Assembly (NCBI GenBank): GCA_943789165.1 | Contig: CALSTB010000005.1 | Location: 329,412-393,411 of the forward strand | Origin: an uncultured Bacteroidia bacterium | GTDB taxonomy: Bacteria > Bacteroidota > Bacteroidia > NS11-12g > UBA9320 | DNA length: 64,000 bases | Direction of reading: 5' to 3' | Shown: positions 10,486 through 20,778 of the stretch, piece by piece | Numbering within the stretch: position 1 is the first letter of the stretch | Layout: the number at the start of each line of letters is the position of its first letter | Made by a program: the position numbers and the translations under genes | The notes under the pieces: generated by a model | The model's input: the letters and a program-made list of their open reading frames with translations, nothing else | Told to the model about the DNA's origin: nothing | Databases searched by the model: none

Positions 10486-12684
10486 ATGCAGTTGCACGAC
10501 TTAGAAGAGGAGAAAAAGGAAATACTAAATCGGTATCGAGGACTGCTCCGAGTTTCTAAAAGTACGCGTGAAGATGGCGACGGAAAAATTATCCGAAAGG
10601 CTTTTGAATTGGCCTTACACGCCCATAAAGACATGCGTCGCAAATCCGGTGAGCCGTATATTTATCATCCCATTGCCGTTGCACGAATTGCTGCTGAAGA
10701 AGTTGGACTTGGGACTACAGCTATTGTAAGCGCATTGCTTCATGACGTAGTTGAAGACACAGATACTTCATTACAATATATCAGAGAGGAATTTGGCGAA
10801 AAAGTTGCCAATATCATTGATGGGTTAACCAAAATGAGTGGCTACTTCGGTCAATCAAATTCTCCGCAGGCTGAGAATTTCAGACGAATGTTGCTCACAC
10901 TTAGCGACGACGTTCGGGTTATACTGATAAAACTCTGCGACCGATTACACAACATGCGTACACTCGAACACATGTCGGTAAAAGGCCAGTTGAAAATAGC
11001 CTCTGAAACCAAATACTTGTACGCGCCATTGGCACACCGCTTGGGTCTTTATCCGATAAAAACGGAGCTTGAAGATTTGTCTTTAAAGTATACGGAGCCA
11101 GAGATTTATGCTGAGATTAAAAGCAAACTAAAGGCGACCAAAGAACAGCGTAATCGGTATATCAGAAAATTTATTAAGCCGATAAAGCAAAGTCTTGAAG
11201 AGCTTGGTCTTGAGTGCGAAATTAAAGGTCGGTCCAAATCGATATATTCCATTCTGCAAAAAATGCAAAAGCAGAAAGTCGATTTCGAACAGGTGTACGA
11301 TTTATTTGCTGTACGAATTATTGTTAAATCGAAACCACAACGAGAGAAATTAGACTGCTGGAATATTTACTCTATTGTTACCAGTATTTACCGACCCAAC
11401 CCTGACCGGTTGCGGGACTGGATTTCAACTCCTCGAAGTAACGGATATGAGTCGTTACACACCACCGTAATGGGTCAAATGGGTAAGTGGGTGGAAGTGC
11501 AGATACGTACCGTTAGAATGGATGAAATCGCAGAAATGGGTTATGCTGCGCACTGGAGGTACAAGGAAGGGAATGTTGGCGATTCAGGAATAGACGATTG
11601 GTTAGGAAGGATTCGAGAAATATTAGAAAATCCGCAGAGCAATGCGATTGATTTCTTAGATGATTTTAAACTCAACTTGTTCAGTGAAGAAATCTTTGTG
11701 TTTACACCAAAAGGCGACATTAAGAAATTACCAAAGGACGCTACAGCTTTAGATTTTGCGTTTGAAATTCATACCGAGGTTGGGTCCAAGTGTATTGGGG
11801 CCAAAGTGAATAGCAAACTAGTGCCGCTTAGTCACCAACTGAATAGAGGTGATCAGATTGAAATCATAACGTCGAATAAACAAAAACCAACTAAAGGCTG
11901 GTTAGATTTTGTTGTAACAGGCAAGGCAAGAACCAAGATTAAACAAGTCCTAAAAGAAGAAAAACGGAAGAAGGCAGCCGACGGAAAGGAAATACTTTTG
12001 CGCAAATTTAGAGGTTGGAAACTCCCTTTGAATACGGAGAACATGCGGATTTTGTGCCTCCATTTCGGAATAATGAGTGAGCAAGATTTTTATGTTTTGG
12101 TGGCTAAGGATCGAATGCCCAAATCACCGATATCGTACAAAGAAATCATTGCCAGACACAAGGAACGCAAAGACCCAATCAAGAAGATTAACGAGCGTCC
12201 GCCTGACTCGAACAAAAAAGTTGGTGATCTAATTATCGGTGAGGACGATAGTTTAGACTTAGAATACTCTTTCGCAAAGTGTTGTTCTCCAATTCCAGGC
12301 GACGACGTAATGGGTTTTATTACCGTAGGCGACGGCATCAAGATACACAGAACCAACTGCAAGAATGCAGAGCGGTTGATGTCCAACTATGGGTACCGGA
12401 TTATCAAAGCACGATGGGCAGGTTTCCCTTTAATCGATCATTCATTCTCAGCAGGTTTAGAAATTACCGGTATCGATAGTGTCGGTTTAGTCAGTAAAGT
12501 GACCGATATCATTTCGAAAGAACTTCAGGTGAATATGGAGGCTGTTTCTTTTAAGGCGAAGGACGGCACCTTTATTGGGAATCTTGTTCTCGAGATCGAT
12601 AGTACCCAACACTTAGAAGGATTGATACGAAAAATCAAATCCATTGACAAACACATTGAAGTGAACAGGACAGATTTATCGTAA
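10486..12684 (+). CDS. rel: Bifunctional (p)ppGpp synthetase/hydrolase (RelA/SpoT homologue)
   Basis: HD hydrolase motifs 'RKSGEPYIYHP' and 'HDVVED', synthetase motifs 'NGYESLHT' and 'EVQIRT', TGS 'DFAFEIHTEVG', zinc motif 'KCCSPIPGD...HRTNC', and a C-terminal ACT domain. Confidence 0.95.
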   Translation: MQLHDLEEEKKEILNRYRGLLRVSKSTREDGDGKIIRKAFELALHAHKDMRRKSGEPYIYHPIAVARIAAEEVGLGTTAIVSALLHDVVEDTDTSLQYIREEFGEKVANIIDGLTKMSGYFGQSNSPQAENFRRMLLTLSDDVRVILIKLCDRLHNMRTLEHMSVKGQLKIASETKYLYAPLAHRLGLYPIKTELEDLSLKYTEPEIYAEIKSKLKATKEQRNRYIRKFIKPIKQSLEELGLECEIKGRSKSIYSILQKMQKQKVDFEQVYDLFAVRIIVKSKPQREKLDCWNIYSIVTSIYRPNPDRLRDWISTPRSNGYESLHTTVMGQMGKWVEVQIRTVRMDEIAEMGYAAHWRYKEGNVGDSGIDDWLGRIREILENPQSNAIDFLDDFKLNLFSEEIFVFTPKGDIKKLPKDATALDFAFEIHTEVGSKCIGAKVNSKLVPLSHQLNRGDQIEIITSNKQKPTKGWLDFVVTGKARTKIKQVLKEEKRKKAADGKEILLRKFRGWKLPLNTENMRILCLHFGIMSEQDFYVLVAKDRMPKSPISYKEIIARHKERKDPIKKINERPPDSNKKVGDLIIGEDDSLDLEYSFAKCCSPIPGDDVMGFITVGDGIKIHRTNCKNAERLMSNYGYRIIKARWAGFPLIDHSFSAGLEITGIDSVGLVSKVTDIISKELQVNMEAVSFKAKDGTFIGNLVLEIDSTQHLEGLIRKIKSIDKHIEVNRTDLS

Positions 12685-12776
12685 CAGCAAATAATTTGCT
12701 ATTTGATGGGATAACGTGTGTATTAGTTTACGTTTATAAACGTTCGTTTTGACTAACTTTGCCCTTTGGTTTTAAG

Positions 12777-13268
12777 ATGAGTGATGCATTAAAGAACATT
12801 CGAGTAGAAGTGAAGGACATCTTTACGAAGTACCTTGAGGAAAAGGGACAACGGAAGACGCCAGAACGTTATGCCATTTTGGATGAAATTTATTCTAAAA
12901 AGCATCATTTCGATGTCGACACATTATACATTCAAATGAAAAATCGCAACTACCAAGTAAGTAGGGCGACGGTGTATAACACACTCGATTTACTGTTAGA
13001 ATGTAAACTAGTTGTGAAGCATCAGTTTGGCCAGAATATGGCTCAGTTTGAACAGGCTTTTGGTTTCAGACAGCACGACCATATGATTTGTACGGTTTGT
13101 GGCAAGGTATCAGAATTTTGTGATCCTCGTATACAACAAACATCATCTACCATGGGTGATTTGTTAAATTTTGAAGTCACACAACACTCGTTAAATCTTT
13201 ACGGGAAGCCACGTTTGGATGATGATGGCTTGTGTTTGAATTGTGAAAATCAAGTATCTTTTGAATAA
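12777..13268 (+). CDS. fur: Fur family transcriptional regulator
   Basis: '[10 protein letters not shown]', '[13 protein letters not shown]' helix and '[10 protein letters not shown]'. ATG at 12777 is preferred, lying downstream of a TAACTTTG promoter box at 12754-12761. Confidence 0.92.
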   Translation: MSDALKNIRVEVKDIFTKYLEEKGQRKTPERYAILDEIYSKKHHFDVDTLYIQMKNRNYQVSRATVYNTLDLLLECKLVVKHQFGQNMAQFEQAFGFRQHDHMICTVCGKVSEFCDPRIQQTSSTMGDLLNFEVTQHSLNLYGKPRLDDDGLCLNCENQVSFE

Positions 13269-13282
13269 TTAGGACAACATTT

Positions 13283-14569
13283 ATGTCGAATACACCAGGA
13301 TTTGTTGATGTAGTATTGGGTTTGCAATGGGGCGACGAAGGCAAGGGGAAAATTGCTGATTTCTTAACGCCAAAGTATGACGTTGTTGCCAGATTTCAAG
13401 GTGGTCCGAACGCAGGACACAGCCTGGAAATGAACGGTAAAAAGCACGTACTGAATACCATTCCAAGCGGTATTTTTCACAAAGGATGTATCAATTTGAT
13501 AGGCAATGGGGTTGTGATCGACCCTGTTTTGCTGTTACAAGAAATCAAAAGAACTGAAGAAGCTGGCGCAGATGTAAAAGCGAATCTTTATATCAGCCGC
13601 AAAGCAAACATCATTCTTCCTACCCATAAATTATTGGATGCCGCGTCTGAGAAGAACAAAGGCGAAAATAAAATAGGTTCTACATTAAGAGGAATTGGAC
13701 CAACTTATCGCGATAAATACGGTAGAAGTGGCTTGAGATGTGGCGACATGTTCGCTCCTGATTTTAAGGAGAAGTACAGCGCAAACATTGAGCGTCATTT
13801 GGCGTTGATGCAACACTTCGACTATTCTGATTACAACCTTGGCGATTTAGAAACAGAGTTTTTTAAGGCTGTTGAAGAATTGAAAACGTATCAGTTTGTA
13901 GATAGTGAGTATTTCGTAAACGACCTGATTGCTCAAGGCAAAAAAGTGTTGGCAGAAGGAGCGCAAGGCTCAATGCTCGATATTGATTTTGGTTCATATC
14001 CATTTGTGACGTCATCCAATACCATTTCAGGTGGTATGACGGTCGGATTAGGTGTTGCACCGAAACACGTGAGATCTGTGAAAGGAATTTTTAAGGCATA
14101 CTGTACCAGAGTAGGTAGTGGCCCATTCCCATCTGAGTTGTTAAACGAAACAGGTGAAGAATTACGAAAAAAAGGATTTGAATTTGGCGCAACGACTGGT
14201 CGTCCAAGACGATGCGGTTGGTTAGATTTAGTCGCATTGAAATACGCGGTTATGTTAAGTGGCGTAGATGAATTGATCATGATGAAAGCCGATGTTATGA
14301 GCGGTTTTGATAAAGTGTATGTCGGAACTGGATACAAAGGCGAAAACGGAGAAGAAGTAGGGACAATACCTTTCGACTTTGTAACCGCAGGATTTCAGTC
14401 AACATACAAAGAGTTCGAAGGGTGGCATGATGACTTGACCGTAGTACGCTCAGAATCAGAGTTTCCAGCAAGTTTTTCGTCTTACATCAAATGGTTAGAA
14501 AGTGAAGTGGGCGTGCCAATTAAAGTAGTTTCCTTAGGACCTGACCGTGTGCAAACGGTTGTGCGTTAA
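13283..14569 (+). CDS. purA: Adenylosuccinate synthetase
   Basis: 'GLQWGDEGKGK', 'RFQGGPNAGH' and 'GATTGRPRRCGWLD' signatures. Confidence 0.98.
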   Translation: MSNTPGFVDVVLGLQWGDEGKGKIADFLTPKYDVVARFQGGPNAGHSLEMNGKKHVLNTIPSGIFHKGCINLIGNGVVIDPVLLLQEIKRTEEAGADVKANLYISRKANIILPTHKLLDAASEKNKGENKIGSTLRGIGPTYRDKYGRSGLRCGDMFAPDFKEKYSANIERHLALMQHFDYSDYNLGDLETEFFKAVEELKTYQFVDSEYFVNDLIAQGKKVLAEGAQGSMLDIDFGSYPFVTSSNTISGGMTVGLGVAPKHVRSVKGIFKAYCTRVGSGPFPSELLNETGEELRKKGFEFGATTGRPRRCGWLDLVALKYAVMLSGVDELIMMKADVMSGFDKVYVGTGYKGENGEEVGTIPFDFVTAGFQSTYKEFEGWHDDLTVVRSESEFPASFSSYIKWLESEVGVPIKVVSLGPDRVQTVVR

Positions 14570-15438
14570 TCCTTCGAGAATCCAAAGAATAAGCCAGGAA
14601 CAGAGCTTATTATCACCACAATACTAAAAAGCATTGCAATCCATACGCCTTCAGTAGAAGCTAATCCAAACATTGGGAAGATAGTCGCAAATATAACTTC
14701 TCTTGCGCCTAAGCCACCTAAGAACACAGGAATTGCTGTCGCAATAGACGAAATTAGAAATACAAAACTGGCAATACTTAATGCAGCAACCGTGAATAAA
14801 TCGACCTCAATTGCTAACAAAATGCTATATACTGCACCAACTTGTAACAGTTGGATAACAATTGATTGACCAATTGATTTCCAAAAGATCTTAGCGAAAG
14901 TATGAAACCACTTTAGCACAATAACGTACACCAAGACAACTAAAAAGAGGATTGGAAGGATGCTCCAATTTATTTGCCACCATACCTCAATATCACTGAG
15001 ATATGGCATACAAACACCTACTAGAATTACAATTGCTGCGAGTCCTAGAAGCCTATCAGCTAACAATGGCAATACATACGTTTTAGCTTTTTTGTCTGTT
15101 CGTTTGGAGTAGGCCAAGATTTTATACGCATCTCCGCCAATGCCACCTGGGAGGAATAAATTGTAGGCCATACCTTGCCAATAAAGCATTGCATTCCATT
15201 TACTCGGTATGTTGTCACCAACAGCGGTTAAAATGTATTTCAACCTATAAGAGGACACAAGCTGGCTAAGTAAGTAGAGCAGAACGGCTAAAGCGACGTA
15301 CCCATATTTAGTTTCGCGTATGGTTTCGGTAAAAAGTTCAAGGTCTATAAATCGAAAGGCATACCAAAAACCAAGAATACTAAGAACGAGCTTCAGAGCT
15401 ACCCATCCGTATTTCTTTATTTGTTTTGAAGTTGTCAA
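14566..15438 (-). CDS. Lysylphosphatidylglycerol-synthase TM domain / putative flippase (YbhN/UPF0104-like)
   Basis: Polytopic membrane protein with 'NLFLPGGIGGD' and 'P...GGLGARE' motifs, in an operon with glycosyltransferases. Confidence 0.85.
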   Translation of the reverse strand: MTTSKQIKKYGWVALKLVLSILGFWYAFRFIDLELFTETIRETKYGYVALAVLLYLLSQLVSSYRLKYILTAVGDNIPSKWNAMLYWQGMAYNLFLPGGIGGDAYKILAYSKRTDKKAKTYVLPLLADRLLGLAAIVILVGVCMPYLSDIEVWWQINWSILPILFLVVLVYVIVLKWFHTFAKIFWKSIGQSIVIQLLQVGAVYSILLAIEVDLFTVAALSIASFVFLISSIATAIPVFLGGLGAREVIFATIFPMFGLASTEGVWIAMLFSIVVIISSVPGLFFGFSKD

Positions 15439-15442
15439 CGTA

Positions 15443-16375
15443 CTAATACGTGTGAATGGTTCGTACCGTGTACGTCTTTTTATCCTGGGATTCGTAGTAC
15501 GTACGCATCAATAATTCCAATACAATGCCGGTTGTAATTAATTGAATACCACCGAGTAACAGTAGAATGCCCAGCAGCAACATGGGTTTTCCCCAAATGT
15601 CCTGACCTTGCAGTTTTTGAATCAGAAAGTAAAAATTAATCAAACCACCAATGCCAAAAATAACAGCCCCTAAAGTGCCGAACAAATGCATCGGTTTGGC
15701 TAAATATTTTCGGAAAAACACCATCAACATCAAATCACTGATCACCTTAAACGTTCGGTTTAAGTTGTACTTTGATTTTCCAAATTCTCGAGCATGGTGT
15801 TTGACAGGAACTTGATGAATGCGCGCTCCTTGTAGCGCCGCCAATACTGGAATAAATCTATGAAGCTCGCCATAGAGACTTAAGTCTTTGGCTATTTGAC
15901 TCTTGAATATTTTTAGCGTGCAGCCGTAATCTTTGATCTGGACCTTGGTTAGGTTACGAATAAAGTAGTTTGCGATTTTACTAGGTATTTTACGAATTAA
16001 CATACCATCTTGACGGTTGACGCGCTCACCCGCAACCAAATCCCATTTTCCATTTTTAATCAAGTCCAACAACATCGGTATGTCCGATGGATCGTTCTGT
16101 AAATCCGCGTCCATGGTTACCACATATTCACCTACAGTTTGGTCAATGCCAGCTTGCAGTGCTGTGCTCTGACCATAGTTTTTCATGAATTCAACCACCT
16201 TGGTGTGCTTGTTTGCATGTTTCTTTACTTCATCAACCGTACCATCGCTTGATCCATCATCAACCAAAATGAGTTCATAATCAAGTTTGTCTAAAGCACT
16301 ATAGATTTGGGTTAAAAGCGGTTGGATGCTTTCTTCCTCATTCATCATGGCAACAACAACAGATATTTCTGGCAT
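15443..16375 (-). CDS. GT2 polyprenyl-phosphate glycosyltransferase (ArnC/DPM1-like)
   Basis: 'VDDGSSDGT', 'NYGQSTA', 'MDADLQNDP', 'ELHRFIP' and two C-terminal TM helices. Confidence 0.92.
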   Translation of the reverse strand: MPEISVVVAMMNEEESIQPLLTQIYSALDKLDYELILVDDGSSDGTVDEVKKHANKHTKVVEFMKNYGQSTALQAGIDQTVGEYVVTMDADLQNDPSDIPMLLDLIKNGKWDLVAGERVNRQDGMLIRKIPSKIANYFIRNLTKVQIKDYGCTLKIFKSQIAKDLSLYGELHRFIPVLAALQGARIHQVPVKHHAREFGKSKYNLNRTFKVISDLMLMVFFRKYLAKPMHLFGTLGAVIFGIGGLINFYFLIQKLQGQDIWGKPMLLLGILLLLGGIQLITTGIVLELLMRTYYESQDKKTYTVRTIHTY

Positions 16376-17973
16376 TATTTCTTCTTTTTAGGCATTTCTG
16401 GGAAACGGTATTTGAACTTCACCAAACTAAATGGTTTTGATTCAAAACGCCGCACAAAGGTATAATAGGTGTCGACATTTGCAGTATCCTTGATGACTTC
16501 AGTCGGTACTAGGTAATAAGAATGGAATGAGTAATCGGAAGTTTTTGTTTCAACTGTTGCATTCCTTTCAACCGTCATATACCAATTCATGGTCAAGGCA
16601 ACATTGCTGTTATACATGCCTAAATCGCTGCCTTCGGTTAACTGACCAATGGCTTGTCCGTTTATTTTTTCTTCTAAATACGGACCTGTCTGAACTCGAT
16701 AAGGTACCATATAATGAGAATATCCCAACCGAGCAATTACCAACCCCAATATGACTAAGTAGGTAGTTGGAACCGTAAACTTGAACATGAGGGTGATCAG
16801 TAAAAGAAAACCAGTTATTGTCAAAGCAACGGCAGTAACAATCGAAATATCTACCGCTGTACGAGCGATCAAAAACATGGCGATTGGCGACACCACGAGT
16901 AATATGGATAGTATCAATGTCGTCGGTTTCAGTTGTTTGTCGGACCAAACATGCAAACAAGCTGCTATGCTGGGTATCAGCAAAAACGGCGTTAACATAA
17001 ATACGTAACGCGCTCTGTAATCAGGCGATAACCAATAAATGATAATGTTAAATAAGAAAAGTAGGAGGGATGTTTTAAGGAATGCATTGGACCAAACGTA
17101 TGTCCTCGCCTCTTTTCGGAGAAAGACGAAAACCGCTAATCCCCAAGGTAAAATATCCAACAAATAACGCAATGGAAACAGAAACAAATGCTCAAAGCTT
17201 TCTATAAAACTTTTTTCTGTAACGGTTCGGCTGCTGCTTTCAGAAACGATGCGTTCGAGCAACTTTGTGATATCGGCATGCTGGCTATATACCCATAAGT
17301 AAATTCCAACAGGAGCAGCAAAAATTAAAGTTGACAGTAGGTGTGACGCACTCCATAGTTTTTTAAATGATTTGTTTAAAATAAGGATTGTGAAAACGGA
17401 AATGCCTTGAAATACAATAGTTGGCAAGCCTTTCATCATAAAACCAATAGAGGCCAAAGCGTATGAAAAGGCAAACGCTTTTTTCCAATTTCCTTTCTCG
17501 CCATAATGGTAAAGGACAAAAATTTGAAGGAAGCTTACTACTGAATAGGTAATATCGATATGGCCTAAATATGCAGAGTAAATCCAGAGGTTACCACCAG
17601 TTAATGTTGCAATCGCAATCACCCACGCCAAGCGAACATCTTTTAACCTTTGTTTTACTATTTTGAAAACAAGTAAACCAAAAGCCAGCAAGGATAAGAT
17701 GCTTGGTAGTCGGAAGACCCATTCATTTGTTGAACGAAAGACTTTAAAAAAAACAATAACGATCCAGTTATAAAGCGGTGGTTTGTTTAGGTAAAACCGA
17801 CCATTCATTTTTGGTGCGATGTAATTTCCATTGATCATCATATCACCCGCAACCAACGCTCTGATGGGTTCATCAGCACTTAATGGCATGTAGCCAAGTT
17901 TGTAGAACAGCGCGATAATAACCCCAATGGTTAAGCATATTTCTACGAAATACGTTTTGAAAACCGACTTCAA
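16375..17973 (-). CDS. ArnT/PMT-like GT-C membrane glycosyltransferase
   Basis: 'ADEP.RA..A..M...N...P', 'KPPLYNW', 'RLPS' and 'MKG' motifs, with multiple TM helices. TTG start. Confidence 0.88.
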   Translation of the reverse strand: MKSVFKTYFVEICLTIGVIIALFYKLGYMPLSADEPIRALVAGDMMINGNYIAPKMNGRFYLNKPPLYNWIVIVFFKVFRSTNEWVFRLPSILSLLAFGLLVFKIVKQRLKDVRLAWVIAIATLTGGNLWIYSAYLGHIDITYSVVSFLQIFVLYHYGEKGNWKKAFAFSYALASIGFMMKGLPTIVFQGISVFTILILNKSFKKLWSASHLLSTLIFAAPVGIYLWVYSQHADITKLLERIVSESSSRTVTEKSFIESFEHLFLFPLRYLLDILPWGLAVFVFLRKEARTYVWSNAFLKTSLLLFLFNIIIYWLSPDYRARYVFMLTPFLLIPSIAACLHVWSDKQLKPTTLILSILLVVSPIAMFLIARTAVDISIVTAVALTITGFLLLITLMFKFTVPTTYLVILGLVIARLGYSHYMVPYRVQTGPYLEEKINGQAIGQLTEGSDLGMYNSNVALTMNWYMTVERNATVETKTSDYSFHSYYLVPTEVIKDTANVDTYYTFVRRFESKPFSLVKFKYRFPEMPKKKK

Positions 17974-17978
17974 GGCGG

Positions 17979-18048
17979 CAAAGATACTTCATGGTTGTGT
18001 TTGTATTTCAAATCGACACCTCAATTAGTGAATTTCCAATTAAATTTG
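17979..18048. promoter_or_regulatory. Divergent Bacteroidota -7 promoter boxes
   Basis: TATCTTTG on the minus strand (17979-17986) lies 5 nt before TTG 17973. TAAATTTG on the plus strand (18041-18048) lies 4 nt before ATG 18053. Both match the TAnnTTTG consensus. Confidence 0.7.
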
Positions 18049-18052
18049 AGGT

Positions 18053-19927
18053 ATGAATAAACTTTACGTTGTCCTTTTTCTTGTTGGCATCTCTTCAATA
18101 AGCCAAGCACAAGACTTTTCATATAAGGTGGAACGAGACATCGCCACGCCAAAACTGAGAACCGTTAAGTTTTCTGACATTGGAACTGAACAACCTAAGG
18201 TGTATAAAGTGGAAGAGGCGGCGCCAAAACCTTGGACGACTACAGATCAATTGAAAAAGACTTTGGACGCAAACCGCGAAAGACGTTTTAAGCAGTCGTT
18301 ACACAAGTACCAAGAAACACCTAAAGACATTAAGCCAGCCGTTGACGCTTCCTTTGTCGGACTAACCGCCGTTCCCGGAATACCGAATGACAACAACATG
18401 GCGATTTCAAATGACGGAAAAATCATCAGTGTTGTCAATTCATCGTTCAGTGTTTTAGAGGAAGATGGAACGTATGTGAAATACTATTCATTAAGCAGCA
18501 TTACAGGCGGACAACTGCCTAATTTAAACCGTACATACGATCCGAAAGTAACATATGACCCTGTCGCTGATAAATTCATTTTGGTGTACTTACAAGGATC
18601 AACAAGCGCTGATACCCGCATAATTGTTGGCTTTAGTGAAACGAACGACCCTCAAGGAGATTGGCATTTTTATGCAGTCGACGGCAATCCATTTACGGGC
18701 GCTACATGGTCTGATTATCCTATTATTGGCATGAGCAAAGACGACTTGTTCATTACAGTAAACATATTGAGAGACGGAGAAAGCTGGCAAGAAGGATTCA
18801 CCCAATCCGTTATTTGGCAGATAGACAAGGCTTCAGGATATGACGGTAAAGACACCATTTACGAAGATTTGTGGTACGACCTCAAATACCAAGATAAGTC
18901 GCTTTGGAGCATTTGTGCAGTGCAAGGTGGCAGTGAATTCACCTCGCCAAATATGCATTTCTTGTCGGTTCGCCCTGGAGCAGCATCCAATGATTCTGTA
19001 TTTCTTCATGAAATCACAGACACCCGACTTTCTGGTAATGCGGAATACAACCTTCGCGTTTTGACTGCCAATAAGCTTTATGGTGTGCCACCAAGCGCTT
19101 TTCAACCAGATCTAGAAAACTTACTCGCGACCAACGACACCCGAGTTTTATCAGCCATTTCAGAAGACGGCTATATTCAATATGTGCAAAGCACTAGAGT
19201 ACCCAGTTCTGGCATGCCAGGTGTCTTTCACGGATTTTTAAATATAGAAACAGGTGAGATTGATGCCAATTATATTACTTCCGATACAATGGAATATGCC
19301 TACCCATCGATTGCTTTCGCAGGGAATAAGGCATTTCCACATGCATCGGTCATTACGTTTTCGCATAGTTCGGAGTTAGATTTTCCAGGGACTTCAGCGA
19401 TTCTACACAATAGAGTGGTTGGTGATTACCCTATTTTTTCTCCAGTGGTAACTGTAAAACAGGGTGAATTGTCCATTAACCGACTGACTGATTCATTGGA
19501 GCGCTGGGGAGACTATACAGGCGTTCAGCCAAAGTACAACGAAGAAGGTGTGGTGTGGATGTCCGGTTCATATGGACGACCATTTGCCCAAGGATCTACC
19601 AGAGGTCGAAACGGCGTACAGGTGGGTAAAGTCAAGGTAAACAACATGTTAACTGTGTTGGTTGATGAAAATTCGGTTATTGTATTACCCAATCCAGCTT
19701 CCGAAAAAGCAATCGTTCAATTTGAATCAGACAAAGACCAAGTATTGACCTTCAATATTTACAGTATGGATGGAAAGTTGGTTCAAGAACTTCTCAAAAC
19801 CAATGTGTTGCGAGGAACAAATGAAATCAGTTTCCCAACAGTAGAAATGATGCAAGGCATGTACTTTGTTCAGGTAGTGAATGACAAAGACGATAAAATT
19901 GCGGAAGTGAAGTTTGTGGTGCTTTAA
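18053..19927 (+). CDS. Secreted protein with T9SS type A sorting domain
   Basis: Signal peptide, 'PND...A.S', 'DP...YD....F' and 'RWGDY' motifs, and a CTD 'PNPA...IYSMDGKLV...GMYFV...KFVV'. Confidence 0.85.
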   Translation: MNKLYVVLFLVGISSISQAQDFSYKVERDIATPKLRTVKFSDIGTEQPKVYKVEEAAPKPWTTTDQLKKTLDANRERRFKQSLHKYQETPKDIKPAVDASFVGLTAVPGIPNDNNMAISNDGKIISVVNSSFSVLEEDGTYVKYYSLSSITGGQLPNLNRTYDPKVTYDPVADKFILVYLQGSTSADTRIIVGFSETNDPQGDWHFYAVDGNPFTGATWSDYPIIGMSKDDLFITVNILRDGESWQEGFTQSVIWQIDKASGYDGKDTIYEDLWYDLKYQDKSLWSICAVQGGSEFTSPNMHFLSVRPGAASNDSVFLHEITDTRLSGNAEYNLRVLTANKLYGVPPSAFQPDLENLLATNDTRVLSAISEDGYIQYVQSTRVPSSGMPGVFHGFLNIETGEIDANYITSDTMEYAYPSIAFAGNKAFPHASVITFSHSSELDFPGTSAILHNRVVGDYPIFSPVVTVKQGELSINRLTDSLERWGDYTGVQPKYNEEGVVWMSGSYGRPFAQGSTRGRNGVQVGKVKVNNMLTVLVDENSVIVLPNPASEKAIVQFESDKDQVLTFNIYSMDGKLVQELLKTNVLRGTNEISFPTVEMMQGMYFVQVVNDKDDKIAEVKFVVL

Positions 19928-19951
19928 AGTATTCGTACCATAAGCCCAATC

Positions 19952-19983
19952 AATTAAGAATTAAGAATTAAAAATTAAAAATT
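19952..19983 (+). repeat. Short heptamer tandem repeat AATTAA(G/A), about 4.5 copies
   Basis: aattaag-aattaag-aattaaa-aattaaa-aatt between convergent genes. Confidence 0.6.
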
Positions 19984-20778
19984 GTCCTCCACCTCAATCC
20001 CTGCCAACATGTGCTCCAAAATGGGTTCACATTTATCGGTGCAGGATGGATAAAACGCACCGTGTTCCATAAACAATCTTTTGGCTGATTTTCCCCACCA
20101 GAATTCCAACATGGCTATGGGTTTTAAGTCATTGAGGAAGGCGAACTGCAGCAACTTTGGTAATGCACATTCTCCTGCACCTCCGGGTGGGTTTTTACCC
20201 AACTTTTCTTTAAAGATAGATCGTAGTCCTTTGGACTCTAAATTGGCATTTAAGAAATGGTAGCTGTCGACAATACCATCCAAAATCGCTGTGCAATGTT
20301 GCGTACGGTGTTTTTTTAATGCATCAACGGCCTTTTTACCTTTTTCAGATTGGTCTTTCTCTAATTCTTTAAGTTGCAGATTAATGTTGGTCAATTCCGT
20401 CATACCCACATTTACAAAGCTACCTTCTGTCAAGCCATCAAACACAGGAGGAACAAAGTGCGCATGGTGGTTGCCACCTGCAATTTTGCCTGAAAAAGCG
20501 GTGATGTAACCTACTTCTCCATTTCGTTTTTGCACGACCAATACGCCAAACATTTTTCCAATGGCTTTCCCATTCTGTCCATCACTTAAACCAAAATTAT
20601 GGTCTATGGCGGTTTGGTTGGTTAAAAATGCTTTTACCTCGTCACAAGCCATTACTGCCAACGCATGAGGTTCATATTCGAATGGATTCGTAAATTTTTT
20701 AGGCAAGTCGATATCTTCAATGTCATTTGCAAACGACTTGAAGTAATGGTCGACAGAAGAGGATGGGAGGGAAGTCAA
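19975..20778 (-). CDS. Stand-alone homologue of the N-terminal domain of long RluA-type pseudouridine synthases, with no catalytic RluA domain
   Basis: 'LPKKFTNPFEYEPH', 'GKMFGVLVV', 'AFSGKI', 'FVPPVFD', 'PPGGAGECALPKLLQFAF', 'EFWWG' and 'FYPSC..KC.PIL'. No HRLD catalytic motif. Confidence 0.75.
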   Translation of the reverse strand: MTSLPSSSVDHYFKSFANDIEDIDLPKKFTNPFEYEPHALAVMACDEVKAFLTNQTAIDHNFGLSDGQNGKAIGKMFGVLVVQKRNGEVGYITAFSGKIAGGNHHAHFVPPVFDGLTEGSFVNVGMTELTNINLQLKELEKDQSEKGKKAVDALKKHRTQHCTAILDGIVDSYHFLNANLESKGLRSIFKEKLGKNPPGGAGECALPKLLQFAFLNDLKPIAMLEFWWGKSAKRLFMEHGAFYPSCTDKCEPILEHMLAGIEVEDNF

